IMG/VR virus record: IMGVR_UViG_3300031521_000009
DNA length: 64,000 nt
Reading direction: 5' to 3' (one strand)
DNA from: a virus
In this document: positions 39,437 through 46,557 of the stretch, in pieces
Layout of the letters: each line of letters begins with the position of its first letter
Position numbering within the stretch: position 1 is the first letter of the stretch
Notes under the pieces: generated by a model
What the model was told of the DNA's origin: nothing
Databases searched by the model: none
Seen by the model: the letters and a program-made list of their open reading frames with translations, nothing else
Position numbers and translations under genes: made by a program

Positions 39437-39652
39437 ATGATCATTAATAATATACAACAAGTTTATGATATTGTTGGTAATGAAATAATGTTATCCGGGT
39501 TAAGTAATAGTCAAATAGCAACGAAAGCTGGAGTAACTGAAAGTATGGTTAGTTCAGTAAGAGGTGGAAGATATATACAAGTTAGTTTTGAAAAATTCAT
39601 TGTGATTTGTAAAGCTTTAGAAATTGAACTTCAAATTAATATTAAAAAATAA
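39437..39652 (+). CDS. XRE/Cro-type HTH protein, 71 aa
   Basis: GLSNSQIATKAGVTESMVSSV...ICKALEI. Confidence 0.8.
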   Translation: MIINNIQQVYDIVGNEIMLSGLSNSQIATKAGVTESMVSSVRGGRYIQVSFEKFIVICKALEIELQINIKK

Positions 39653-39656
39653 TAGT

Positions 39657-39935
39657 ATGCTTGAAAATAAAGGAATAGAAGATAAAATCTTCTACATGCA
39701 CAATAACAAGATTGAACATAAAGCAATCTTAGGTATATCAACATATGTTGGTAAATGTGAAGTATTAATGAGTAGCAATAAAATTGTTCCAGAAGGTGAA
39801 TTTCTTGTTATTTATCACATGGGTTCATATCAAGAAATTGATGCAATAAATGCTTATGATACTCTTGATGATTTAATGCAAAGTCTAACAACACCATTAA
39901 ACTTACCAGATGGCATACAAAGTAGAGAATCCTAA
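39657..39935 (+). CDS. Hypothetical protein, 92 aa
   Basis: ORF in a tightly packed operon; start MLENKG. Confidence 0.6.
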   Translation: MLENKGIEDKIFYMHNNKIEHKAILGISTYVGKCEVLMSSNKIVPEGEFLVIYHMGSYQEIDAINAYDTLDDLMQSLTTPLNLPDGIQSRES

Positions 39936-40176
39936 AGGATTTAAAGTAATAAACACTACAGCTGTTGAATGCCTAAAATGGGGTGGATTTGGTGTATGTG
40001 ATCATTGTAATCAATCTTCTAATGAAGGTCGATTTATTGCAGTTCTAAATCATTGGGTATGTCCTGAATGCTTTGATAAATGGCTTAAACGTGCTGTTGT
40101 CTATGAAGAGGACAAACCTTATGAGACTAAAGTATTTAATCGCTATGCCAAATTGCTTGGCTTACCGATTGAATAG
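39910..40176 (+). CDS. Zn-binding hypothetical protein, 88 aa
   Basis: CDHC...IAVLNHWVCPEC. Confidence 0.7.
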   Translation: MAYKVENPKGFKVINTTAVECLKWGGFGVCDHCNQSSNEGRFIAVLNHWVCPECFDKWLKRAVVYEEDKPYETKVFNRYAKLLGLPIE

Positions 40177-40258
40177 TGATTGGAATAGCTTGGATAATTA
40201 TCTCGTATCTAGTCGTGTAGAATAATGACAAATAATTATTAGGTAGCTAACAATTACA

Positions 40259-40339
40259 GGGAGTGTAGCTCATCAGATAGAGTTTACTGCATAGAAATAT
40301 GTGTTGTAAGGGTCGGAGGTTTAAGTCCTTCCACTCCCA
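40259..40339 (+). ncRNA. tRNA-like RNA with abnormal anticodon arm (no assignable anticodon)
   Basis: Acceptor GGGAGTG/CACTCCC-A; D arm GCTC/GAGT; T arm GGAGG-TTTAAGT-CCTTC; anticodon arm TTAC/GTAA closes TGCATA-GAAA-TATGTG. Confidence 0.7.
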
Positions 40340-40364
40340 CAAATATTAATAAAAACTATTTATA

Positions 40365-40658
40365 ATGAGAAATTTGAATAAGATTGTTTCTATTGTATTA
40401 AAAATGATAGAGAATAATGAATGCGAAGATTTGACTAATGAAGAATTAGAACAAATATCAATACTCATTCATAGACCTACCACAATGGGTCGAGAAGATG
40501 CTGCTAAGTTTATGGGAGTATCTTTGACTAGGTTTCATGAATTAAAAGATTATGGTATAATACCTGAACCACGTAAAGTAAAAGGATTTCGTGAAAAATC
40601 ATATTATGTTTCAGATTTAAAAAAAGCATTAGAATTAAAGAAACAACTAAAGCTATAA
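40365..40658 (+). CDS. Excisionase/AlpA-like HTH DNA-binding protein, 97 aa
   Basis: MGREDAAKFMGVSLTRFHELKDYGIIPEPRKVKGFREKSYYVSDL. Confidence 0.8.
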   Translation: MRNLNKIVSIVLKMIENNECEDLTNEELEQISILIHRPTTMGREDAAKFMGVSLTRFHELKDYGIIPEPRKVKGFREKSYYVSDLKKALELKKQLKL

Positions 40659-40688
40659 AATTCATTAGTCCTAGATTACAGTAGTATA

Positions 40689-40696
40689 TAATTTTG
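40689..40696 (+). promoter_or_regulatory. Bacteroidota -7 promoter element (TAATTTTG) upstream of the CCC-protein operon
   Basis: TAnnTTTG 40 nt upstream of ATG 40737. Confidence 0.5.
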
Positions 40697-40736
40697 AGGT
40701 GTCAACAATTCAGTTGGCAATTAAAAACTATATATT

Positions 40737-41480
40737 ATGGCTTTAACGTTAGACGGTATGTTGCCAGCTGCTTCATTAGGCGGTGGTAGTTCAATGGGTT
40801 CCGGAGTAGGTCTTGGAGCAGTAGGTGGTGGTGTTGCAGGTTTAGTACTTGGTTCACTTCTTGCAAGTAATGGTAATGGTGGTTTATTTGGTGGTGGTAA
40901 CAATAATGCAAATGTTGCTGAATTTGGTGCTATCAACAATCAATTACAATCATTAGGTGGTCAAATCAATGGTACAGCATTGACAGCTCAAATTCGTGCT
41001 GATACTATTGACCTTTCTCAAAGTATTAGTACTGTAGGTACACAAATAGGACAATTGGCAACTGCTCAAGCTGCAGCTAATTTTACTACTTTGGATTCAA
41101 TCAATGGATTGGGAAGAGATATTACCGCTTCTCAAAATCAGAATGCTCTTCAACAATTAAACAGTTTCAACAACCTTACCACAACTACATTGCAAGGCTT
41201 CAATAGCTCAGCAATGCAAGTACAAAATGCTACGAATCAAATCATAGCACAAGGTACAGCTTCTGCAGCTGCAATGGCTCAATGCTGTTGTGAGATTAAG
41301 AGTACTATTCTTGCCGATGGTAATGCAACACGCGCACTTATCAATGATTTGAATGTTCAAAATTTACGTGATCAACTTGCTACTGCAAATGGTAAAGTAA
41401 GTAACAACGAACAAAATCAGTATTTGTTGAGTACTATTTTGCATCACATTACTCCTACGGTTGGTAGTACAATAGTTTAA
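40737..41480 (+). CDS. Gly-rich-leader, N/Q/T-rich coiled-coil protein with CCC motif, 247 aa
   Basis: Hydrophobic Gly-rich N-terminus, heptad region, MAQCCCEIK...ATRALI...LRDQL...QNQYLL. Confidence 0.8.
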   Translation: MALTLDGMLPAASLGGGSSMGSGVGLGAVGGGVAGLVLGSLLASNGNGGLFGGGNNNANVAEFGAINNQLQSLGGQINGTALTAQIRADTIDLSQSISTVGTQIGQLATAQAAANFTTLDSINGLGRDITASQNQNALQQLNSFNNLTTTTLQGFNSSAMQVQNATNQIIAQGTASAAAMAQCCCEIKSTILADGNATRALINDLNVQNLRDQLATANGKVSNNEQNQYLLSTILHHITPTVGSTIV

Positions 41481-41491
41481 TCCTTATAATC

Positions 41492-41770
41492 ATGTCTAGT
41501 CCATTAACTGTGGGAGCCACTGCAATAGTTGCAGTACCCGCAAACAGACATAGAGTTGATGTAAGGTTTCAGAACACTGGTGCTACTATTCTTTATTTAG
41601 CAAGAGCGCCAATTGTTCCGACAGCATTAAATTATGAAATCATGTTAGCTATTCCAACAGCAGGTGAAATTAATGAAGCATTCATCAGTACTAATAGTAC
41701 TGCTCAATTCAATGTATTAAGTTCTGCTGCAGCCGGTGTATTAGCTATTTATGAAACTAACAGAGTCTAA
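41492..41770 (+). CDS. Small beta-sandwich protein, 92 aa
   Basis: ANRHRVDVRFQNTGATILYL pattern seen in small phage jelly-roll proteins. Confidence 0.7.
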   Translation: MSSPLTVGATAIVAVPANRHRVDVRFQNTGATILYLARAPIVPTALNYEIMLAIPTAGEINEAFISTNSTAQFNVLSSAAAGVLAIYETNRV

Positions 41771-41789
41771 CCTTTAAAATTAGAATAAA

Positions 41790-41975
41790 ATGGAAGAAAT
41801 AACATTGCATTTGCCTCTTATTAAAGTTATAGAACTTGTTAGGCAAGAAGAAAGAATGATGATTAAAAAGTTTTTAGCTACAAATGTAGGTCAATCAACT
41901 GCTGATATTATAGATCAATATATACCAGTTGAATCTGAAGTATTGGCTATGTTTACATGTCCTGGTATTGGATAA
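41790..41975 (+). CDS. Hypothetical protein, 61 aa
   Basis: Last ORF before a terminator. Confidence 0.6.
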   Translation: MEEITLHLPLIKVIELVRQEERMMIKKFLATNVGQSTADIIDQYIPVESEVLAMFTCPGIG

Positions 41976-41992
41976 ACTTTGTAGTACTATAT

Positions 41993-42029
41993 AAAAAGAG
42001 TTATGATTAATTTTGTAACTCTTTTTTTT
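41993..42029 (+). terminator. Rho-independent terminator (possibly bidirectional)
   Basis: AAAAAGAGTTATGA/TTGTAACTCTTTTT plus T run. Confidence 0.8.
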
Positions 42030-42053
42030 GTTTAATTTATAAATAATATTGAT

Positions 42054-42371
42054 ATGGAAAATGAAAAATTACCTATTGCAGATTTAGGTGTAAAACAAGT
42101 ACCTGCAAGTGAAGCTATAGATGGCGGTAATCAACCTTTAGCTGGTACAGCTACTACTAAGCCAGTGCTAAACTATCCACGTAATGAAGAGCTTGTTATT
42201 CAATGTGTGATTAATAGTGAAGCCGAAGGATATGCTCTTTTAAGGGCATTACAAATCGTTGTGAATACATTTGGTGCCACTACATGTACTCAGCTTGTCA
42301 CTAAGCTTGAGAATAAACCTCAACTTGCTGATACTGTAAGAAAGTATATTCCTATTGTACTAGCAATGTAA
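42054..42371 (+). CDS. Hypothetical protein, 105 aa
   Basis: Clean ORF with AT-rich leader. Confidence 0.7.
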   Translation: MENEKLPIADLGVKQVPASEAIDGGNQPLAGTATTKPVLNYPRNEELVIQCVINSEAEGYALLRALQIVVNTFGATTCTQLVTKLENKPQLADTVRKYIPIVLAM

Positions 42372-42380
42372 TAATGGAAC

Positions 42381-42604
42381 GATCTAATGGCGGAATTGGT
42401 AGACGCAAGTAGAATGTAACTGATTGGGAGCTCAGATAATAGCCTAATAGGAAATGATTAGGTAGGAGAATGGAATATTCGATAAATGATTATCTAAGAA
42501 GTCTGAAATAGAGCTTCGACACTTAAAAGAGTGGGAATGAAACACTACGGCTCCAACGATACGAAAGTAAAACAATCATCCTGGTTCGAATCCGGGTTAG
42601 ATCA
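42381..42604 (+). ncRNA. tRNA-framed RNA (Leu-type D arm) with a 173-nt structured insert replacing the anticodon and variable arms
   Basis: Acceptor GATCTAA/TTAGATC-A; D arm GCGGAATTGGTAGACGC; T arm CCTGG-TTCGAAT-CCGGG. Confidence 0.75.
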
Positions 42605-42668
42605 CAGACCAGTCTGTACACTGGTAGTATTGAAGTTTAGTTACTCAATCGAACAAATGTATGGGATC

Positions 42669-42819
42669 GGTCTATTAGTGTAAATGACGCACAATCTGGA
42701 ATGAAACAATCAAGCAACTAGTGATCACTAGTGACAGACATTTCAAGGTAATTCTTGACTGAATAGCATGTTAGTAATTCAATTTAAGGATAGAGAGGGT
42801 TTGATTCCCTTATAGATCA
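42669..42819 (+). ncRNA. tRNA-framed RNA with a 102-nt structured insert replacing the anticodon arm
   Basis: Acceptor GGTCTAT/ATAGATC-A; D arm GTG-TAAATGACG-CAC; T arm GAGGG-TTTGATT-CCCTT. Confidence 0.65.
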
Positions 42820-42845
42820 CAAACTAATAATCAAATAACAAATTT

Positions 42846-43160
42846 ATGAATGAAACTATTTTTACTCAACCTGCTGTATTTCCACAAGCAACATTAAACA
42901 CATATACTCCTAGTCCAATATATGTAGAACAACAATCTAATTGTTGGCATCAAGAGGATTATCATAATGGTTATCCTAATACATGTAATCCTTATTGGCA
43001 TGTTGCAGGAAGATGTTGTCAGCATGGTTGTAGTCTTTGTTATGACAAGCCTTGGAATACAGTGCCAGTTGGTGATGGAACGTTCATCCTTGCCCTGTTT
43101 CTGACAGTTTATGCGCTATTCAAATACTTTAAAAGACAATCTCATGAAACTAAAACGTAA
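42846..43160 (+). CDS. Cys-rich small protein with PID-CTERM-like C-terminal sorting/TM tail, 104 aa
   Basis: Six Cys, then VPVGDGTFILALFLTVYALFKYFKR. Confidence 0.6.
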   Translation: MNETIFTQPAVFPQATLNTYTPSPIYVEQQSNCWHQEDYHNGYPNTCNPYWHVAGRCCQHGCSLCYDKPWNTVPVGDGTFILALFLTVYALFKYFKRQSHETKT

Positions 43161-43296
43161 AAAGACATTTATGTTATTATTTGTATTGGTGGTATTGATA
43201 GGACTTATGTTCTTCTCTGGTGCTATCATTGAGATATTTGATATTGAGTTAAGCAAACCTGCTCGTGTTTATTATGAACCCGACGAAAATAAATAA
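43144..43296 (+). CDS. Single-TM small protein, 50 aa
   Basis: MKLKRKKTFMLLFVLVVLIGLMFFSGAII. Confidence 0.6.
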   Translation: MKLKRKKTFMLLFVLVVLIGLMFFSGAIIEIFDIELSKPARVYYEPDENK

Positions 43297-43297
43297 A

Positions 43298-43879
43298 ATG
43301 AAGAAACTATTACTATTAATTGTCCTATTACCTATAATGGTAGTAGGACAATCTTTTTTATCTATTACAGGTGCTATTATTGCTCCAAAAACAGATACCG
43401 GTAATGAAACTGGTGCCAGTCTATCCGCTTCATTCAATCATATCATTGGACCAGTAGTAATACAACCAGTAATGGCTATTACTATGATGTCCGGGATAGA
43501 TAATGAACGACGTAGAGAACGCCAATACTCATATAATGTAGAGATGGCTTCAATAGGTATCAATCTGCTTAGCACTGGTGTGTTCTATGGTGTTGTTGGA
43601 TTTCATTTAAATGGTAATACTTTAAGCAATCAGTTTAAATTAGTTCCCAATCAATTTGATCGTACCTCGCGTAATAATCTATTCTTTTCTGAATATATTG
43701 GCATTGGTTATCGTACTTCTGTCAATATTGAATTTGGTCTTATGTATGCCAATACAAACTATATGGAAGGATATTGGCCTATTACTTCAAAGCATAACGA
43801 TATGTACTTGCAATTTAAAGTATCGTATGATATTCCGCTTCATAGTAAATGTAATTGCGAACATAGAAATTATTATTAA
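43298..43879 (+). CDS. Putative outer-membrane beta-barrel protein with signal peptide, 193 aa
   Basis: MKKLLLLIVLLPIMVVGQ signal peptide; alternating beta strands (YIGIGYR, NIEFGLMY, YLQFKVSYDIP); CxC tail. Confidence 0.65.
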   Translation: MKKLLLLIVLLPIMVVGQSFLSITGAIIAPKTDTGNETGASLSASFNHIIGPVVIQPVMAITMMSGIDNERRRERQYSYNVEMASIGINLLSTGVFYGVVGFHLNGNTLSNQFKLVPNQFDRTSRNNLFFSEYIGIGYRTSVNIEFGLMYANTNYMEGYWPITSKHNDMYLQFKVSYDIPLHSKCNCEHRNYY

Positions 43880-43889
43880 ATAAATAATT

Positions 43890-44177
43890 ATGGGAAATAA
43901 AAAAATACTAAAAGAAAAAGATGTATTTCCATTTGGTAAATATAAAGGATGTGTTATTGAAGAAATATTTAAAACCAAAGAAGGAGTATCTTATTGTTGG
44001 TGGTTTATGAAAAATATAGAAGGATATGAATTTGAACTTAAATTTACCAATTTAATTTATAAAGAATATAGTAGATATTTCATGAAAGAAAGCTCAAAAA
44101 AATCATATGATTCAATTCATATGGGTAGTCATGGAAATGAATGGGCTTCTGAAAATGGATATATGGAACATTTTTAA
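43890..44177 (+). CDS. FGKYKG-motif small protein, 95 aa
   Basis: FPFGKYKGCVIEEI...YCWW. Confidence 0.7.
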   Translation: MGNKKILKEKDVFPFGKYKGCVIEEIFKTKEGVSYCWWFMKNIEGYEFELKFTNLIYKEYSRYFMKESSKKSYDSIHMGSHGNEWASENGYMEHF

Positions 44178-44201
44178 TATTATTACTAAAACTCAAATAA
44201 A

Positions 44202-44531
44202 ATGAAAAAAGAAAAAGTATGTGTAGGTAATACTATCGTAGTCGATGTGTGTCAACCGAAGTTCGGTAAGTTCCTAATAGGGCGTTTTCAGGAGATGATA
44301 TGTAAACTTACCTATCCGGATGGTCTGAAAAGATTAGAATACGGATGTGTGATAACAGCAACAGTACTTGTCATTAAAGATAAGTCGTTATCTGTTCTTG
44401 TGGAAGAAGTAATAAAGAGTGCTGCTGCAGTAAATGCTGAATTAAGCAAATCAATCACTTCTCTTGCTACTTTATGGAGTAAACCAAACAATCATACAAA
44501 GAAAGATAAATCTATCATTAGAACGCTTTAA
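44202..44531 (+). CDS. Hypothetical protein (OB/TRAM-like), 109 aa
   Basis: Beta-rich N-terminal part. Confidence 0.6.
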   Translation: MKKEKVCVGNTIVVDVCQPKFGKFLIGRFQEMICKLTYPDGLKRLEYGCVITATVLVIKDKSLSVLVEEVIKSAAAVNAELSKSITSLATLWSKPNNHTKKDKSIIRTL

Positions 44532-44541
44532 AATCGATATT

Positions 44542-44718
44542 ATGAACGAAGAAAATAAATATATAGGTGATGGCGTATATGCTTCATTTGATGGTTATCA
44601 AATATGGTTAGCTGTAGACAATCACCACAATAAAGTTGTTGCATTAGAACCAGAAGTTATGCAAGCTTTAATAAATTACCACAATAGTCTTTTATTAAAA
44701 CAAAATAACGAGATATAA
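44542..44718 (+). CDS. Hypothetical protein, 58 aa
   Basis: YIGDGVYASFDGYQIWL...VALEPEV motif; start MNEENK. Confidence 0.7.
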   Translation: MNEENKYIGDGVYASFDGYQIWLAVDNHHNKVVALEPEVMQALINYHNSLLLKQNNEI

Positions 44719-44720
44719 TT

Positions 44721-45740
44721 ATGGACTTAGAAGAAAACATAAGTAAACTTGAATCATTGGCTAAAGAATTTCTTCTTAGTAAGAATATTATCACTGTCGG
44801 AAATACAACTACCGGCAGTGAGGTAGACTTGTCTAATGTACTTGCATTATTTGTTGAAAAGATGCAAAAACCACAACCAATGCATAATCTAATGAAAATG
44901 TTTAAAACTGCAGAAGGAATACTTGTAGTAAAACCACCAAAAGATATAGATTTCGATAAGCTTGTTGAATTGATAAAAGGTATCAGTAAGAAACCTACAT
45001 TTGTTCAAGAAAATGAATCTGGTCTTGGTTTACATGGTATGCCTTTTAATGTTGAGTTTTCAAAAGATTATCTTTGGAATGAACCGGTTATTATGACAGG
45101 TTTCAAAGAATACAAAGAATACATGCGCGATTGTCCTGACCCATCTTTTAATTTTGAAGATTGGAAAGATATGATGGATAAATACAATCAAGTAACCAAA
45201 GAAGCATTAGATGAAGTTATTGAACCATTTACATGGATTGATAAAGATAGTTTTGATGTATTATCTGGTAAGAAAGAACCAACACGTATTGGTATCATTG
45301 GTAATGTAGATAATGGTAAATCAATAATGATGCATAGATTGGGTGCTCGTAACATAGGAAAGACTTTAATGGCTTCTATTGAACAAATACCATTTGAATT
45401 AAATGGATTAGGACAAGCACATCATAAAGGTATTATTGCTATTGTTCCTGATAAAGCTACAATGGATTATGCCAGTGAAATTACTCGTATGATTGCTAAA
45501 GATACATCTATTAAAAATATAATAGTTGTTACTAAAGAACAGTATGATGCACAAGGAAAAGATTCTTTATTGAAAGCCAGTTCTATTGGTATTACTCAAC
45601 AAATGAATGAAGTTCCTGTATTTAATTATGATATAATAAATAAAGATTCTGTAATATCAGGATTAAAAGAATTATGGGATAAATCATGGGACACTAAAAA
45701 GCAAAAACGTAACAATTATAAAAAGAAAAGGAGAAAATAA
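44721..45740 (+). CDS. Hypothetical protein with two isolated P-loop-like motifs, 339 aa
   Basis: IGIIGNVDNGKS and GARNIGKT; basic C-terminal tail. Confidence 0.65.
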   Translation: MDLEENISKLESLAKEFLLSKNIITVGNTTTGSEVDLSNVLALFVEKMQKPQPMHNLMKMFKTAEGILVVKPPKDIDFDKLVELIKGISKKPTFVQENESGLGLHGMPFNVEFSKDYLWNEPVIMTGFKEYKEYMRDCPDPSFNFEDWKDMMDKYNQVTKEALDEVIEPFTWIDKDSFDVLSGKKEPTRIGIIGNVDNGKSIMMHRLGARNIGKTLMASIEQIPFELNGLGQAHHKGIIAIVPDKATMDYASEITRMIAKDTSIKNIIVVTKEQYDAQGKDSLLKASSIGITQQMNEVPVFNYDIINKDSVISGLKELWDKSWDTKKQKRNNYKKKRRK

Positions 45741-45742
45741 TT

Positions 45743-46276
45743 ATGAAAACTTTATTTACAAAACAAGAATTACTTTCAAGAAAAGGATGTTATTCATCTA
45801 ATGATATTGAAACATTATTTCCAAATAATAATGATGTTACAATAAAAGAGATTTTGTCAATTGAATCAGTAAATATTAAAGATAAGCGTTGGTTTATATA
45901 TAATAGTTGTGAACTAACTTTAGATGAAAAGAAAGAACTATCATTATTATTATCATGGGCTGTTTTACCAATATTTGAAAATAAATATCCTGATGATAAA
46001 AGAGTTCGTGAATGTTTAGATGGAATTGTAAAATTTAATAAAAATCTAATTACTAAAGATGAATTAATTATTCTTAGAAAAGCTGCTTATGCTGCTTATG
46101 CTGCTTATGCTACTACTGATGCTTATGCTGCTGCTGATTATGTTGCTTATGCTGCTGCTGCTACTGATGCTTATGCTGCTGCTGCTGCTGCTGCTGCTTA
46201 TGCTGCTGATTCTAAACAAAAATATTATTCTGAAAAATTAAAAGATGTACTAATAGCTTTTACTAATTCAAAATAA
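45743..46276 (+). CDS. Imm5-like domain protein with Ala/Tyr repeat, 177 aa
   Basis: AVLPIFENKYPDDKRVRECL followed by AAYAAY repeats. Confidence 0.65.
   Translation: MKTLFTKQELLSRKGCYSSNDIETLFPNNNDVTIKEILSIESVNIKDKRWFIYNSCELTLDEKKELSLLLSWAVLPIFENKYPDDKRVRECLDGIVKFNKNLITKDELIILRKAAYAAYAAYATTDAYAAADYVAYAAAATDAYAAAAAAAAYAADSKQKYYSEKLKDVLIAFTNSK
46082..46207 (+). repeat. GCT/GCTTAT coding microsatellite
   Basis: (GCTGCTTAT)3 and a run of eight GCT. Confidence 0.9.
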
Positions 46277-46280
46277 TTAT

Positions 46281-46288
46281 TATATTTG
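46281..46288 (+). promoter_or_regulatory. Bacteroidota -7 promoter element (TATATTTG)
   Basis: TAnnTTTG right after the stop of 45743-46276. Confidence 0.6.
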
Positions 46289-46292
46289 TATC

Positions 46293-46499
46293 ATGATACA
46301 ATCAATAATTCATCCCATCACCGGACAGACGTTTGCAATATGCAGCGACACACTACTATGCGTGATTACGGTTATTATTAGATTTGTTTCGGATATCAAT
46401 CACCTTTTTAAAAAGGTATATTGTCAAATTATACAAGAACTATCTAGTTCATATGGTTAGCTAATATATCTTTCAGTAAATAATAGATTGATATAAATT
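46293..46499 (+). other. Short stand-alone transcription unit: candidate sRNA or leaderless 55-aa ORF (46293-46460)
   Basis: Bounded by a promoter and a strong terminator; palindromes ACCTTTTTAAAAAGGT and GAACTA-TC-TAGTTC. Confidence 0.4.
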
Positions 46500-46540
46500 A
46501 AACGTCCAGATACTTTATTGTATCTGGACGTTTTCGTTTT
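46500..46540 (+). terminator. Strong rho-independent terminator
   Basis: 14-bp stem AAACGTCCAGATAC/GTATCTGGACGTTT plus T-rich tail. Confidence 0.85.
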
Positions 46541-46557
46541 AAATTAAAAATTAAATA

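Noticed and set aside
42381-42819. tmRNA or group I intron-containing tRNA
   Set aside because: No Ala-type G3:U70 acceptor or convincing tag ORF; inserts are short and lack recognisable P7 core motifs; no exon junction that restores a canonical anticodon arm was evident (needs cmscan confirmation)
46082-46207. CRISPR-like or non-coding repeat array
   Set aside because: It is a trinucleotide-based in-frame coding repeat without spacers; no CRISPR array or cas operon was seen in the window
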